Positions 19,528-27,562 of a stretch of 54,886 bases of DNA are shown here, piece by piece. The position numbers and the translations under genes are program-made. Numbering within the stretch: the first letter of the stretch is position 1; each line of letters opens with the position of its first letter. This DNA comes from Bacteroidales bacterium (GTDB lineage: Bacteria > Bacteroidota > Bacteroidia > Bacteroidales > JAQUTK01), in the NCBI GenBank assembly GCA_028691445.1, contig JAQUZH010000001.1, positions 1 through 54,886 of the forward strand. Reading direction: 5' to 3'. The notes under the pieces are model-generated. The model saw only the letters and a program-made list of their open reading frames with translations, searched no databases and was not told the origin of the DNA.

Positions 19528-21624
19528 TCATTTCAGAATCGTATCACGCAGCAGTAAAGCCTTTATCGTCGGCTCTTCTCCTTTAAATCGTTTGTATAGT
19601 ACCATTGGGTGTTCAACCCCTCCTTTGGACAAAATCTCTCTGCGAAAAGCCTCTGCCGTAGCTCTGTCAAAAATTCCCTTCGACTTAAAGAGCGAGAAGG
19701 CATCCGCATCCAACACTTCAGCCCATTTATAGCTGTAATATCCAGCCGCATAACCTCCGGAAAACACATGAGAAAAAGAAGAGCCAAACATGGTTCCATC
19801 CACATCTGGAAGCAACTTCACTTTGTCAGTAGCCTTTCTCTCAAAATCCATGACATCCTCCTCAAAAGGCTTATCAAGCGTATGCCAGGCCATATCAAGA
19901 TAGCCAAAGGAGAGTTGTCGCAAACAACCGTAAGCCACATTATAGTGTGCCGCATCCTTGATACGCTGTATATATTCTGCCGGAATCATCTCTCCTGTCT
20001 GATAATGTTGAGCAAACCGATCCAGATACGCTTTCTCCGTACTGAAATTTTCCATCAACTGTGAAGGGAGCTCCACAAAGTCACGATACACACTCGTTCC
20101 ACTAAGTGAAGCATAGGTGCCGGAGGCAAACATTCCATGCAAGGCATGTCCAAACTCATGAAGTAACGTCTGAAACTCGTCAAACGTAATGAGCGAAGGT
20201 TTATCAGCAGTCGGTTTGGTGAAGTTCATCACAATGGTAACATGCGGTCTCACCTCCACTCCATTTTTCCGATATTGGTCGCGGTAACTGGTCATCCACG
20301 CCCCATTTTGTTTTCCTTTTCTCGGATGAAAATCGGTATAAAGTACCGCAAGGAATGAGCCATCTTTATCCAGCACATCATACGCCTCTACATCCGGATG
20401 ATAGACAGGGATCTTTTCATTTCGCTGAAAGGTGATTCCATACAACGAAGTTGCAAGATCAAAAACGCCCTGTTTCACCTTACCCAACTCAAAGTAAGGA
20501 CGAAGCAACTCGTCATTCAGATCATATTTCGACTTCTTCAGCTTTTCAGCATAGAAACTCCAGTCCCACGGCATCAACGTTATCTGTTTCCCTTCATGAG
20601 CTATCGCATAATCTTGCACTTCCTTCACCTCCTGAAGTGCAGCCGGTTTATACGCCTCGCACAACTGGTCCAGCAATTGAAAGACTTTTGCGGTATCTTC
20701 AGCCATGCGGCGTGTGAGCACATAATCGGCATAATTGGAATAGCCTAGGAGCTGTGCTATCTCAATCCGCAAAGCAGCGATACGTCGCATGTTCTCGCGG
20801 TTATCAAACTCCCCACCGTGTGCACAACGTGAATTGTAAGCGCGATACAATCGTTCGCGAAGCTCTCTGACCTCCGAATATTTCATAAACGGAAGATAGC
20901 TGGGATAACTCAGCGTAAAGATCCATCCGTCCTTTCCCTTTTCCTTGGCTTCCATGGCAGCCGCAGCAACCACATCTTCAGGCAAACCCGCCAATTGTTC
21001 CTTTTTGGTAAGCTGCATCTCAAAGAGATTGGTCTCTTTCAGTATATTCTGGCCATAGGTTAGTGACACCAGACTCAGTTCGGAAGAGAGTTTGCGAAAT
21101 TTCTCTTTATCAGCCGGACTCAGGTTAGCCCCTCGGCGCACAAACCCATTATAGGTATCCTGTAGCAGTTTGCTCTCTTCCAGATTCAGATGCAAAGCGT
21201 CGCGATTAGTATAAACAGCCTTAACCCGTTCAAACAATTTCTCATTCAGACTGATATTATTAGAATGTTCGGACAGCAGCGGCGACATACGTTGCGAAAT
21301 CTCCATCATCTCATCATCACTCTCGGCACTCTCCAGAGCAAAAAAGACCTGGCTGACCATATTGAGCAGTTCGCCGGATTGTTCCAGAGCCTCTATCGTA
21401 TTTTTAAAATCAGCAGGTGCCGGATTACTAACAATAGCATCCACCTCGGCATTATGCCGCTCCATACCTTTCAGAAAGGCGGGTTCGTACTGTTCATTTT
21501 TTAACTGATCAAAAGGGAAAGTCTGGTGCGGAGTGTTCAGTTCCGAGAAAAACGGATTGTTGTCTGGCATCATTGCAAAAGCAGATAATAAGAAAGCTAG
21601 TAATAAATAGTATCTCCGATTCAT
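19528..21624 (-). CDS. dcp: M3 family peptidyl-dipeptidase (Dcp-like), secreted
   Basis: 698 aa. Has a signal peptide, the zinc motif HEFGH, and the downstream E of the M3 fold. Confidence 0.88.
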   Translation of the reverse strand: MNRRYYLLLAFLLSAFAMMPDNNPFFSELNTPHQTFPFDQLKNEQYEPAFLKGMERHNAEVDAIVSNPAPADFKNTIEALEQSGELLNMVSQVFFALESAESDDEMMEISQRMSPLLSEHSNNISLNEKLFERVKAVYTNRDALHLNLEESKLLQDTYNGFVRRGANLSPADKEKFRKLSSELSLVSLTYGQNILKETNLFEMQLTKKEQLAGLPEDVVAAAAMEAKEKGKDGWIFTLSYPSYLPFMKYSEVRELRERLYRAYNSRCAHGGEFDNRENMRRIAALRIEIAQLLGYSNYADYVLTRRMAEDTAKVFQLLDQLCEAYKPAALQEVKEVQDYAIAHEGKQITLMPWDWSFYAEKLKKSKYDLNDELLRPYFELGKVKQGVFDLATSLYGITFQRNEKIPVYHPDVEAYDVLDKDGSFLAVLYTDFHPRKGKQNGAWMTSYRDQYRKNGVEVRPHVTIVMNFTKPTADKPSLITFDEFQTLLHEFGHALHGMFASGTYASLSGTSVYRDFVELPSQLMENFSTEKAYLDRFAQHYQTGEMIPAEYIQRIKDAAHYNVAYGCLRQLSFGYLDMAWHTLDKPFEEDVMDFERKATDKVKLLPDVDGTMFGSSFSHVFSGGYAAGYYSYKWAEVLDADAFSLFKSKGIFDRATAEAFRREILSKGGVEHPMVLYKRFKGEEPTIKALLLRDTILK

Positions 21625-21643
21625 ATCTTCAAATAAGTAATCA

Positions 21644-21651
21644 CAAAGTTA
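21644..21651 (-). promoter_or_regulatory. -7 promoter box (TAACTTTG) for dcp
   Basis: Exact TAnnTTTG on the - strand, 20 nt upstream of the ATG at 21624. Confidence 0.55.
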
Positions 21652-21698
21652 TACCTTTTCTACAAATAATGAGGTGATACACAGAATAAATTTATACA

Positions 21699-21741
21699 AT
21701 AGGGCGGCCTCCGGTAATAGAGGCAGCCCTATCTTTTTTTT
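21699..21741. terminator. Hairpin between the nadB stop and the dcp promoter
   Basis: 12 bp interrupted stem atagggc-g-gcctc / gaggc-a-gccctat. The T8 run follows on the + strand, and only a weak T-rich tail follows on the - strand. Confidence 0.55.
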
Positions 21742-21763
21742 ATATGACAAAACAGCAGAAGAG

Positions 21764-23335
21764 TCAACTCTTCCGATGCGGATGGTCGATGTTATAGTGC
21801 AGTCCCACACTCTCTTTCCGTTCGATAGCCTGACGCATGATGAGGTATCCCACATTAATCATATTACGAAGTTCGCAAATCTGCGGAGACACGGCAGAGC
21901 GTTGAAACAAGCTCTCTGTCTCCTCGTAGATGATATCCAGACGGTCCCACGCACGCTTCAAACGCAAATCAGTTCGAACAATGCCCACATAGGTGCTCAT
22001 AATCTGTTGTACCTCCTTTGCACTCTGAGTAATCAGCACCATCTCTTCCGGAAGCGTCGTTCCCTCATCATTCCAGGCAGGTATTCCTTCATTGTAATCA
22101 TAGTCATGAAGATGCGCCAAACTATCTTTCGCAGCAGCATCCGCATACACCACAGCCTCAATCAGAGAGTTGGACGCCAGGCGATTGCCTCCATGCAGTC
22201 CTGTGCAGGAACATTCGCCGACAGCATACAAGCGTTGGATCGATGAGCGGGCATTTAGATCCACTTTAATACCTCCACAGAGATAGTGAGCAGCCGGAGC
22301 TACCGGTATATAATCTTTCGTAATATCGATACCAAGGCTCAGACACTTCGCATAGATATTTGGAAAATGCAATTTCGTTTGTTCGGCGTTTTTGTGAGTA
22401 ACATCCAGATAGACATGATCTTCCCCTCTGTTTTTCATCTCATTGTCAATCGCACGGGCCACAATATCGCGTGGAGCCAAAGAGAGACGATCATCGTATT
22501 TTTGCATAAACTCTTTTCCATCCAGCGTACGCAAGATACCGCCATAACCGCGCATTGCCTCCGTAATGAGATACGATGGGCGGTCGCCCGGATGGTATAA
22601 AGCCGTAGGGTGAAACTGGATAAACTCCATATCTTTCACAGTACCTTTGGCACGATATACCATTGCGATGCCATCGCCGGTAGCCACACGCGGGTTTGTC
22701 GTAGTCTGATAGACATTACCGACACCACCCGTTGCCATCAAGGTAACACGCGAGAGGAAGGTGTCCACCTTCTTCTTCTTCAGGTCAAGAATATAGGCAC
22801 CGTAGCACTCAATGTCTGGAGTCTGTCGAGTTACCGTGACTCCCAAATGGTGCTGCGTGATTATTTCAACGGCAAAACAGTATTCAAAGACACAGATATT
22901 GGGGTGTCGTTGCACTGCACTGACCAGACTTTCCTGAATCTCCGCCCCGGTGTTATCTTTGTGATGAAGAATCCGGAACTCGGAATGACCTCCTTCTCGA
23001 TGCAGATCAAAGTTGCCGGATTCATCTTTATCAAAATTCACCCCCCAATCGATCAGTTCCTGTATTTGTGCAGGTGCTTCGGTTACCACTTTAGTCACCG
23101 CCTCGATATCACTGATCATATCGCCGGCAATCATGGTGTCTTCAATATGCTTTTCAAAGTTATCAACCTGCATATTGGTCACAGAAGAGATACCGCCTTG
23201 TGCATAAAAAGTATTCGCCACATCCATCTTATCCTTACAGATGACGGCCACTGTACCTTTGTCTGCTACTTTCAGCGCATAGCTCAATCCGGCAACACCG
23301 CTGCCGATGACAAGAAAATCAAACTTCCGGGTCAC
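21764..23335 (-). CDS. nadB: L-aspartate oxidase
   Basis: 523 aa. FAD dinucleotide motif VIGSGVAGLS, and succinate dehydrogenase/fumarate reductase flavoprotein-like core motifs. Confidence 0.92.
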   Translation of the reverse strand: MTRKFDFLVIGSGVAGLSYALKVADKGTVAVICKDKMDVANTFYAQGGISSVTNMQVDNFEKHIEDTMIAGDMISDIEAVTKVVTEAPAQIQELIDWGVNFDKDESGNFDLHREGGHSEFRILHHKDNTGAEIQESLVSAVQRHPNICVFEYCFAVEIITQHHLGVTVTRQTPDIECYGAYILDLKKKKVDTFLSRVTLMATGGVGNVYQTTTNPRVATGDGIAMVYRAKGTVKDMEFIQFHPTALYHPGDRPSYLITEAMRGYGGILRTLDGKEFMQKYDDRLSLAPRDIVARAIDNEMKNRGEDHVYLDVTHKNAEQTKLHFPNIYAKCLSLGIDITKDYIPVAPAAHYLCGGIKVDLNARSSIQRLYAVGECSCTGLHGGNRLASNSLIEAVVYADAAAKDSLAHLHDYDYNEGIPAWNDEGTTLPEEMVLITQSAKEVQQIMSTYVGIVRTDLRLKRAWDRLDIIYEETESLFQRSAVSPQICELRNMINVGYLIMRQAIERKESVGLHYNIDHPHRKS

Positions 23336-23341
23336 TTCTTT

Positions 23342-24838
23342 TTATTTTAAGTACTTATTAAAATCCGTGTTGCGCATATCTCCTGATTCATTCAACTCAT
23401 TGTGCAGAGCGAAACAAGCGCGAAGATCATGAGGGGTATGTCCCTTTCCTGCAATTCGCATATATTCATACATCATCTCTTTGTATTCCGGATGCACACA
23501 ATTATCAATGATCAGTTTGGCGCGCTGGACAGGTGATTTTCCTCTCAGATCGGCAACTCCCAATTCTGTGATCAACACTTTAACCGAATGTTCTGAGTGA
23601 TCCGCATGAGAAACCATCGGAACGATGGAACTAATTTTTCCACCTTTGGCGATGGAAGGAGTCGTAAAAATCGGGAGATACGCATTGCGGGTAAAGTCGC
23701 CCGAACCACCAATTCCATTCATCATCTTCGTACCACATACATGTGTCGAATTGATGTTACCATAAATATCAGCTTCCAATGCCGTATTAATCGTGATTAG
23801 ACCCATACGGCGCACAAGTCCCGGGTTGTTGGAAATCTCCTGTGGACGAAGCACTAATTTGGGTTTGAAGTAATCCAGATCATTATACACTTCCTGCAAC
23901 ACACTTTCGCTCAGTGTCAAAGAACAGCCACTCGCAAACTTCACACGATCCTGTTTCATCAAAGCGATCACAGCATCCTGAATCACTTCGGTATAAATAT
24001 TGAAAGCCGGAATATTTTTGTTCTCACCCATGAAACCAAGCACAGCATTCGCCACATTTCCAACACCTGACTGTATTGGGAGGAAAGAAGAAGGAATACG
24101 GCCAGCCTTCATCTCCGATTCCAGAAATCCGGCAACATTGGCACCGATCTGGCTGGTTACTTCATCCGCCGGAGTAAATTCGCCTCCACCAGCTTTCACA
24201 TCTGTCTCGACAATTCCGACCACTTTATTCAGATCCACTTTCACGTAAGGAACGCCAGCACGATCTGTTGGAGTATAAATAGGAATCTCTTTACGGAAAG
24301 GCACATCCATCGGCTCATAAATATCGTGAATACCTCTCAAGGCTTTAGGATGTTGTTTATTGAGTTCGATAATTATTTTGTCGGCTAGTCTGCAGATTGT
24401 AGGAGAAATACCCACACCGGCTGTAAGGATCACCTCACCATTGTCTGTGATATCTGCAGCCTCGATAATAGCCACATTGATCTTTCCAAAGAAATTATTA
24501 CGTAGACTTTGAGCCAGTTCAGAAAGATGAACATCAAAATACTGTGTCTCATTCGAATTGATGCATGCACGAAGATCCTTCGTCGACTGATACGGAGTTC
24601 TTGTTTTGATTGCATGAGCACGAGCTAACACGCCATCTAAAAACTCACCGGTAGAAGCACCGGTAAACACGCCAATCTGAAAAGGTCTTCCAGCCGCATG
24701 TTCTGCTTCTGCTTTTTTTGCAATAAATCCGGGCACTACACGAGGTGCACCTGCAGCGGTAAAGCCACTAAAGCCCACCTGATCTCCATCATGAACAAAA
24801 TCCGCAGCTTCTTCTGCAGATATAAATTTTAAAGCCAT
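23342..24838 (-). CDS. Acetyl-CoA hydrolase/transferase family protein (succinate CoA-transferase type)
   Basis: 498 aa. N-terminus FVHDGDQVGFSGFTAAG, and an internal GIGG..DF motif (NGIGGSGDFTRNA) typical of the family. Confidence 0.8.
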   Translation of the reverse strand: MALKFISAEEAADFVHDGDQVGFSGFTAAGAPRVVPGFIAKKAEAEHAAGRPFQIGVFTGASTGEFLDGVLARAHAIKTRTPYQSTKDLRACINSNETQYFDVHLSELAQSLRNNFFGKINVAIIEAADITDNGEVILTAGVGISPTICRLADKIIIELNKQHPKALRGIHDIYEPMDVPFRKEIPIYTPTDRAGVPYVKVDLNKVVGIVETDVKAGGGEFTPADEVTSQIGANVAGFLESEMKAGRIPSSFLPIQSGVGNVANAVLGFMGENKNIPAFNIYTEVIQDAVIALMKQDRVKFASGCSLTLSESVLQEVYNDLDYFKPKLVLRPQEISNNPGLVRRMGLITINTALEADIYGNINSTHVCGTKMMNGIGGSGDFTRNAYLPIFTTPSIAKGGKISSIVPMVSHADHSEHSVKVLITELGVADLRGKSPVQRAKLIIDNCVHPEYKEMMYEYMRIAGKGHTPHDLRACFALHNELNESGDMRNTDFNKYLK

Positions 24839-24853
24839 ATGTCTGTTACTGTT

Positions 24854-25306
24854 TTAATAAATATACTTTCTATTCAATATTTCCGAGTAAATGACCGCCT
24901 TCTTCATATCATCTAAATCAGTGAAAGAAAAAATAGGTTCGGATGTGGTTGTCTCCTTTGGCATCTCTGCCGGAGATTCTTTGGATAATTCACTTGTATG
25001 GGGGAAGGTTGAAACGGAGGAATGACTGGATTTGGATGGGGTAGCCAGTGGAGGGAAGACCTTTTTTTTAGGAACAACCGGACGATCGTCCTTCAGCTCG
25101 TAATCCCACTCTTTGACATCACTACTCAACTCCTTTACTTCACTAAGAACTTGATCAAGAGATTGAAAAATAGACCGTTGCGGCACCCTTTCTTGCTTTC
25201 TGGGCAACCCTATCGATTCCTCTTTCTTCGGCTTTTTACCAAGAATGCTGATCAATATAGCGACAACCGTCATTATTAAATAACCCCAATCACCGAAACT
25301 GTCCAT
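24854..25306 (-). CDS. Hypothetical single-pass membrane protein with a disordered Lys/Ser/Pro-rich tail
   Basis: The start is moved to the Met at 25306 (MDSFGDWGYLIMTVVAILISILG) because a - strand TAnnTTTG box sits at 25327-25334, inside the longer ORF version. No recognisable domain. Confidence 0.5.
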   Translation of the reverse strand: MDSFGDWGYLIMTVVAILISILGKKPKKEESIGLPRKQERVPQRSIFQSLDQVLSEVKELSSDVKEWDYELKDDRPVVPKKKVFPPLATPSKSSHSSVSTFPHTSELSKESPAEMPKETTTSEPIFSFTDLDDMKKAVIYSEILNRKYIY

Positions 25307-25315
25307 AGTTTTATG

Positions 25316-25323
25316 TAATTTTG
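25316..25323 (+). promoter_or_regulatory. -7 promoter box (TAATTTTG) for miaB
   Basis: Exact TAnnTTTG 20 nt upstream of the ATG at 25343. Confidence 0.55.
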
Positions 25324-25326
25324 CCC

Positions 25327-25334
25327 CAAAAATA
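25327..25334 (-). promoter_or_regulatory. -7 promoter box (TATTTTTG) for the hypothetical membrane protein gene
   Basis: Exact TAnnTTTG on the - strand, 21 nt upstream of the ATG at 25306. Confidence 0.5.
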
Positions 25335-25342
25335 GGCATAAT

Positions 25343-26710
25343 ATGTCAGAATCAAGAGGTTTTACAGAAAAAAATAAAGAGATTGACTCAGCTTCCAAGA
25401 AGTTGTTTCTAGAAACGTACGGCTGTCAGATGAATGTTGCCGATAGCGAAGTGGTAACTTCTGTCCTTCAAATGGATGGATACGAAATAACGGATCGGAT
25501 TGAGGATGCAGATGCGATTCTGGTAAACACCTGTTCGGTAAGAGATAACGCCGAACAGAAAGTGCTTGGGCGACTTCAATATTTCCAATCCCTGAGGAAG
25601 AAAAAGAAGCATCTGATCGTTGGTGTATTGGGATGTATGGCAGAAAGGGTGCGCGAAGATCTGATTGCCAATCACGGAGTCGATCTGGTGGCCGGTCCGG
25701 ATGCCTATATGGATCTTCCTAACCTGATTGGTGCGGTTGAAAAAGGAGAAAAGGCAATCAACGTCGAACTATCGCAGACAGAAACCTACCGCGACGTGCT
25801 TCCGGCACGCATCGGCAAACAGATCTGTGGTTTTATTTCCATCATGCGAGGTTGTAATAACTTCTGCTCCTATTGCATTGTGCCCTATACCCGCGGCAGG
25901 GAACGGAGCCGTGATGCGGAGAGCATCCTCAAAGAGTTGAAAGACTTAGAGCTGAAAGGATATAAAGAGGTTACCCTACTAGGGCAAAATGTCAATTCCT
26001 ATTCCTTTACAAAAGGAGAATCGGTGATTACCTTCCCTCTCCTGCTGGCCATGGTTGCCGAAGCAGCACCCGGTATGCGTATCCGGTTTATGACATCCCA
26101 TCCCAAAGACATGAGCGATGAAACACTGGAGACGATAGCTAAATACCCGAATCTCTGCCGCTTCATCCATCTACCTTGCCAGTCCGGAAGCAATAAGATT
26201 CTAAAACTGATGAACCGGAAATACACGCTCGAATGGTATCTGAACCGTATCGCTGCCATCCGACGTATCATTCCTGAATGCGCGATAAGCACCGATCTCT
26301 TCTGTGGATTTCACTCGGAAACGGATGAAGATCAGCAAGACACACTTCGTTTGATGAAAGAGGTTGGGTACGACAGTGCCTTCATGTTTAAATATTCAGA
26401 GCGCCCCGGCACATTCGCATCTGAACATCTTGCCGATGATGTGCCGGAAGAGATAAAGATCAAACGGTTGGAAGAGATTATTGCTCTCCAAAACAAGATA
26501 TCCAAAGAGCAGAATAAGAAGTGTGTGGGCAAAACCTATGAAGTACTCGTCGAGGGTGTTTCAAAGCGTTCTACCGATCAAATGTTTGGACGCACTTCGC
26601 AAAACAAAGTTGTCGTTTTTGACCGGAGCGGACAACGTGTCGGCGATTTCATACAGGTAAAGATCACTTCTGCGTCATCAGCCACTTTGCTTGGTGAAGT
26701 GCTACAATAA
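25343..26710 (+). CDS. miaB: tRNA-i6A37 methylthiotransferase
   Basis: 455 aa. UPF0004 N-domain (TYGCQMN), the radical-SAM motif CNNFCSYCIVP, and a TRAM C-terminus. Confidence 0.93.
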   Translation: MSESRGFTEKNKEIDSASKKLFLETYGCQMNVADSEVVTSVLQMDGYEITDRIEDADAILVNTCSVRDNAEQKVLGRLQYFQSLRKKKKHLIVGVLGCMAERVREDLIANHGVDLVAGPDAYMDLPNLIGAVEKGEKAINVELSQTETYRDVLPARIGKQICGFISIMRGCNNFCSYCIVPYTRGRERSRDAESILKELKDLELKGYKEVTLLGQNVNSYSFTKGESVITFPLLLAMVAEAAPGMRIRFMTSHPKDMSDETLETIAKYPNLCRFIHLPCQSGSNKILKLMNRKYTLEWYLNRIAAIRRIIPECAISTDLFCGFHSETDEDQQDTLRLMKEVGYDSAFMFKYSERPGTFASEHLADDVPEEIKIKRLEEIIALQNKISKEQNKKCVGKTYEVLVEGVSKRSTDQMFGRTSQNKVVVFDRSGQRVGDFIQVKITSASSATLLGEVLQ

Positions 26711-26740
26711 AAAGAGCAGGGAATAGATCATCCAAACAAA

Positions 26741-26785
26741 AAAGAAAGACGTCTGTAAGAGTTTAATCTACAGACGTCTTTCTTT
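26741..26785. terminator. Bidirectional terminator hairpin between miaB and tRNA(CAU)
   Basis: Perfect 17 bp stem aaagaaagacgtctgta/tacagacgtctttcttt with A/T tracts on both sides. Confidence 0.8.
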
Positions 26786-26794
26786 TTGTTGTTG

Positions 26795-26868
26795 TAGCGG
26801 GACCGAGAATTGAACTCGGGACCTCATGATTATGAATCATGCGCTCTAACCAACTGAGCTATCCCGCC
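26795..26868 (-). tRNA. tRNA with anticodon CAT (elongator Met-like; Ile2/lysidine type not excluded)
   Basis: The reverse complement GGCGGGATAGCTCAGTTGGTTAGAGCGCATGATTCATAATCATGAGGTCCCGAGTTCAATTCTCGGTCCCGCTA folds as a cloverleaf. The anticodon loop is TTCATAA. CCA is not encoded. Confidence 0.9.
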
Positions 26869-26884
26869 ATCGCTAATTGCGGTG

Positions 26885-26892
26885 CAAAGGTA
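26885..26892 (-). promoter_or_regulatory. -7 promoter box (TACCTTTG) for tRNA(CAU)
   Basis: Exact TAnnTTTG on the - strand, ending 16 nt upstream of the mature tRNA 5' end. Confidence 0.6.
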
Positions 26893-27045
26893 CTACTTTT
26901 CTTTTAACGTACAAGATTTTCCTTCAAAAAAACCTACACAAAACGCTTTTTTGAATAATATTGGAGTCGGATAATGATTTATAGGAGGTTTAGCATAACA
27001 ATCTCAATTAAATTATATAAATTGCGCAACTAAAGATTACATACT

Positions 27046-27423
27046 ATGAACAATACTCTCAAATTAGAATACTCATTCAAAAATATATCACCTGTTGCCT
27101 TATGGATGGGGATCTCTTCTCCACTGACTTTAAAAGATTGGTTTGCCGAAAAAGTGGAGTGCAACGAGAAGGAGTATGTCTTTTATTGGAATAAAACGCC
27201 TCATGTCGCCACTATTCTTGATAAGAAAGAAGGCTCTATGCTAAAACTTCGTTGGGTTGACTCCGGGGAGAACGACTTCTTCCAATACGATTTGGTGACC
27301 AGTGAATTAATAGGCGATACCACCTTGTATATCACAGACACCTGCTTCGATGCCGAGCGAGAAGAAGCCATTATGCTTTGGGATACACAGATTGAGAATA
27401 TGCGTCGAGTGCTTGGCACCTAA
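27046..27423 (+). CDS. Small START-like / SRPBCC-fold protein (tentative)
   Basis: 125 aa. The pattern ...PVALWMGISSPLTLKDWFAEKV... resembles AHSA1/START-like proteins. The assignment is by resemblance only. Confidence 0.45.
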   Translation: MNNTLKLEYSFKNISPVALWMGISSPLTLKDWFAEKVECNEKEYVFYWNKTPHVATILDKKEGSMLKLRWVDSGENDFFQYDLVTSELIGDTTLYITDTCFDAEREEAIMLWDTQIENMRRVLGT

Positions 27424-27495
27424 ATCCAGTCATCACTTTTTGGGAGGGATATGATTAAGATTATCTAAATTAGCTTCAGAATGAGAGTTTTTCAC

Positions 27496-27503
27496 TACTT
27501 TTG
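27496..27503 (+). promoter_or_regulatory. -7 promoter box (TACTTTTG) for the LptF/G-type permease and ribBA unit
   Basis: Exact TAnnTTTG 60 nt upstream of the ATG at 27563. Confidence 0.5.
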
Positions 27504-27562
27504 TTCCCTTGAAAGATTGTAGTGATTCTTTTTAATCATTCAGACTGCCTAATAGATAACCG

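Noticed and set aside
22610-23350. 246-aa ORF on the + strand, plus a 190-aa ORF at 21674-22246, antisense to nadB
   Set aside because: Both lie entirely inside a well-supported flavoprotein gene. Their translations are low-complexity with no motifs and no promoter box or start context. Long shadow ORFs opposite genuine genes are a common codon-bias artefact.
25063-25072. Homopolymer A/T8 tracts inside coding regions: the KKK codons of the hypothetical protein at about 25063, and the EEKK codons of the ABC transporter at about 54126
   Set aside because: They encode Lys runs in frame. There is no sign of frameshift or alternative frames. Phase-variation potential is speculative.
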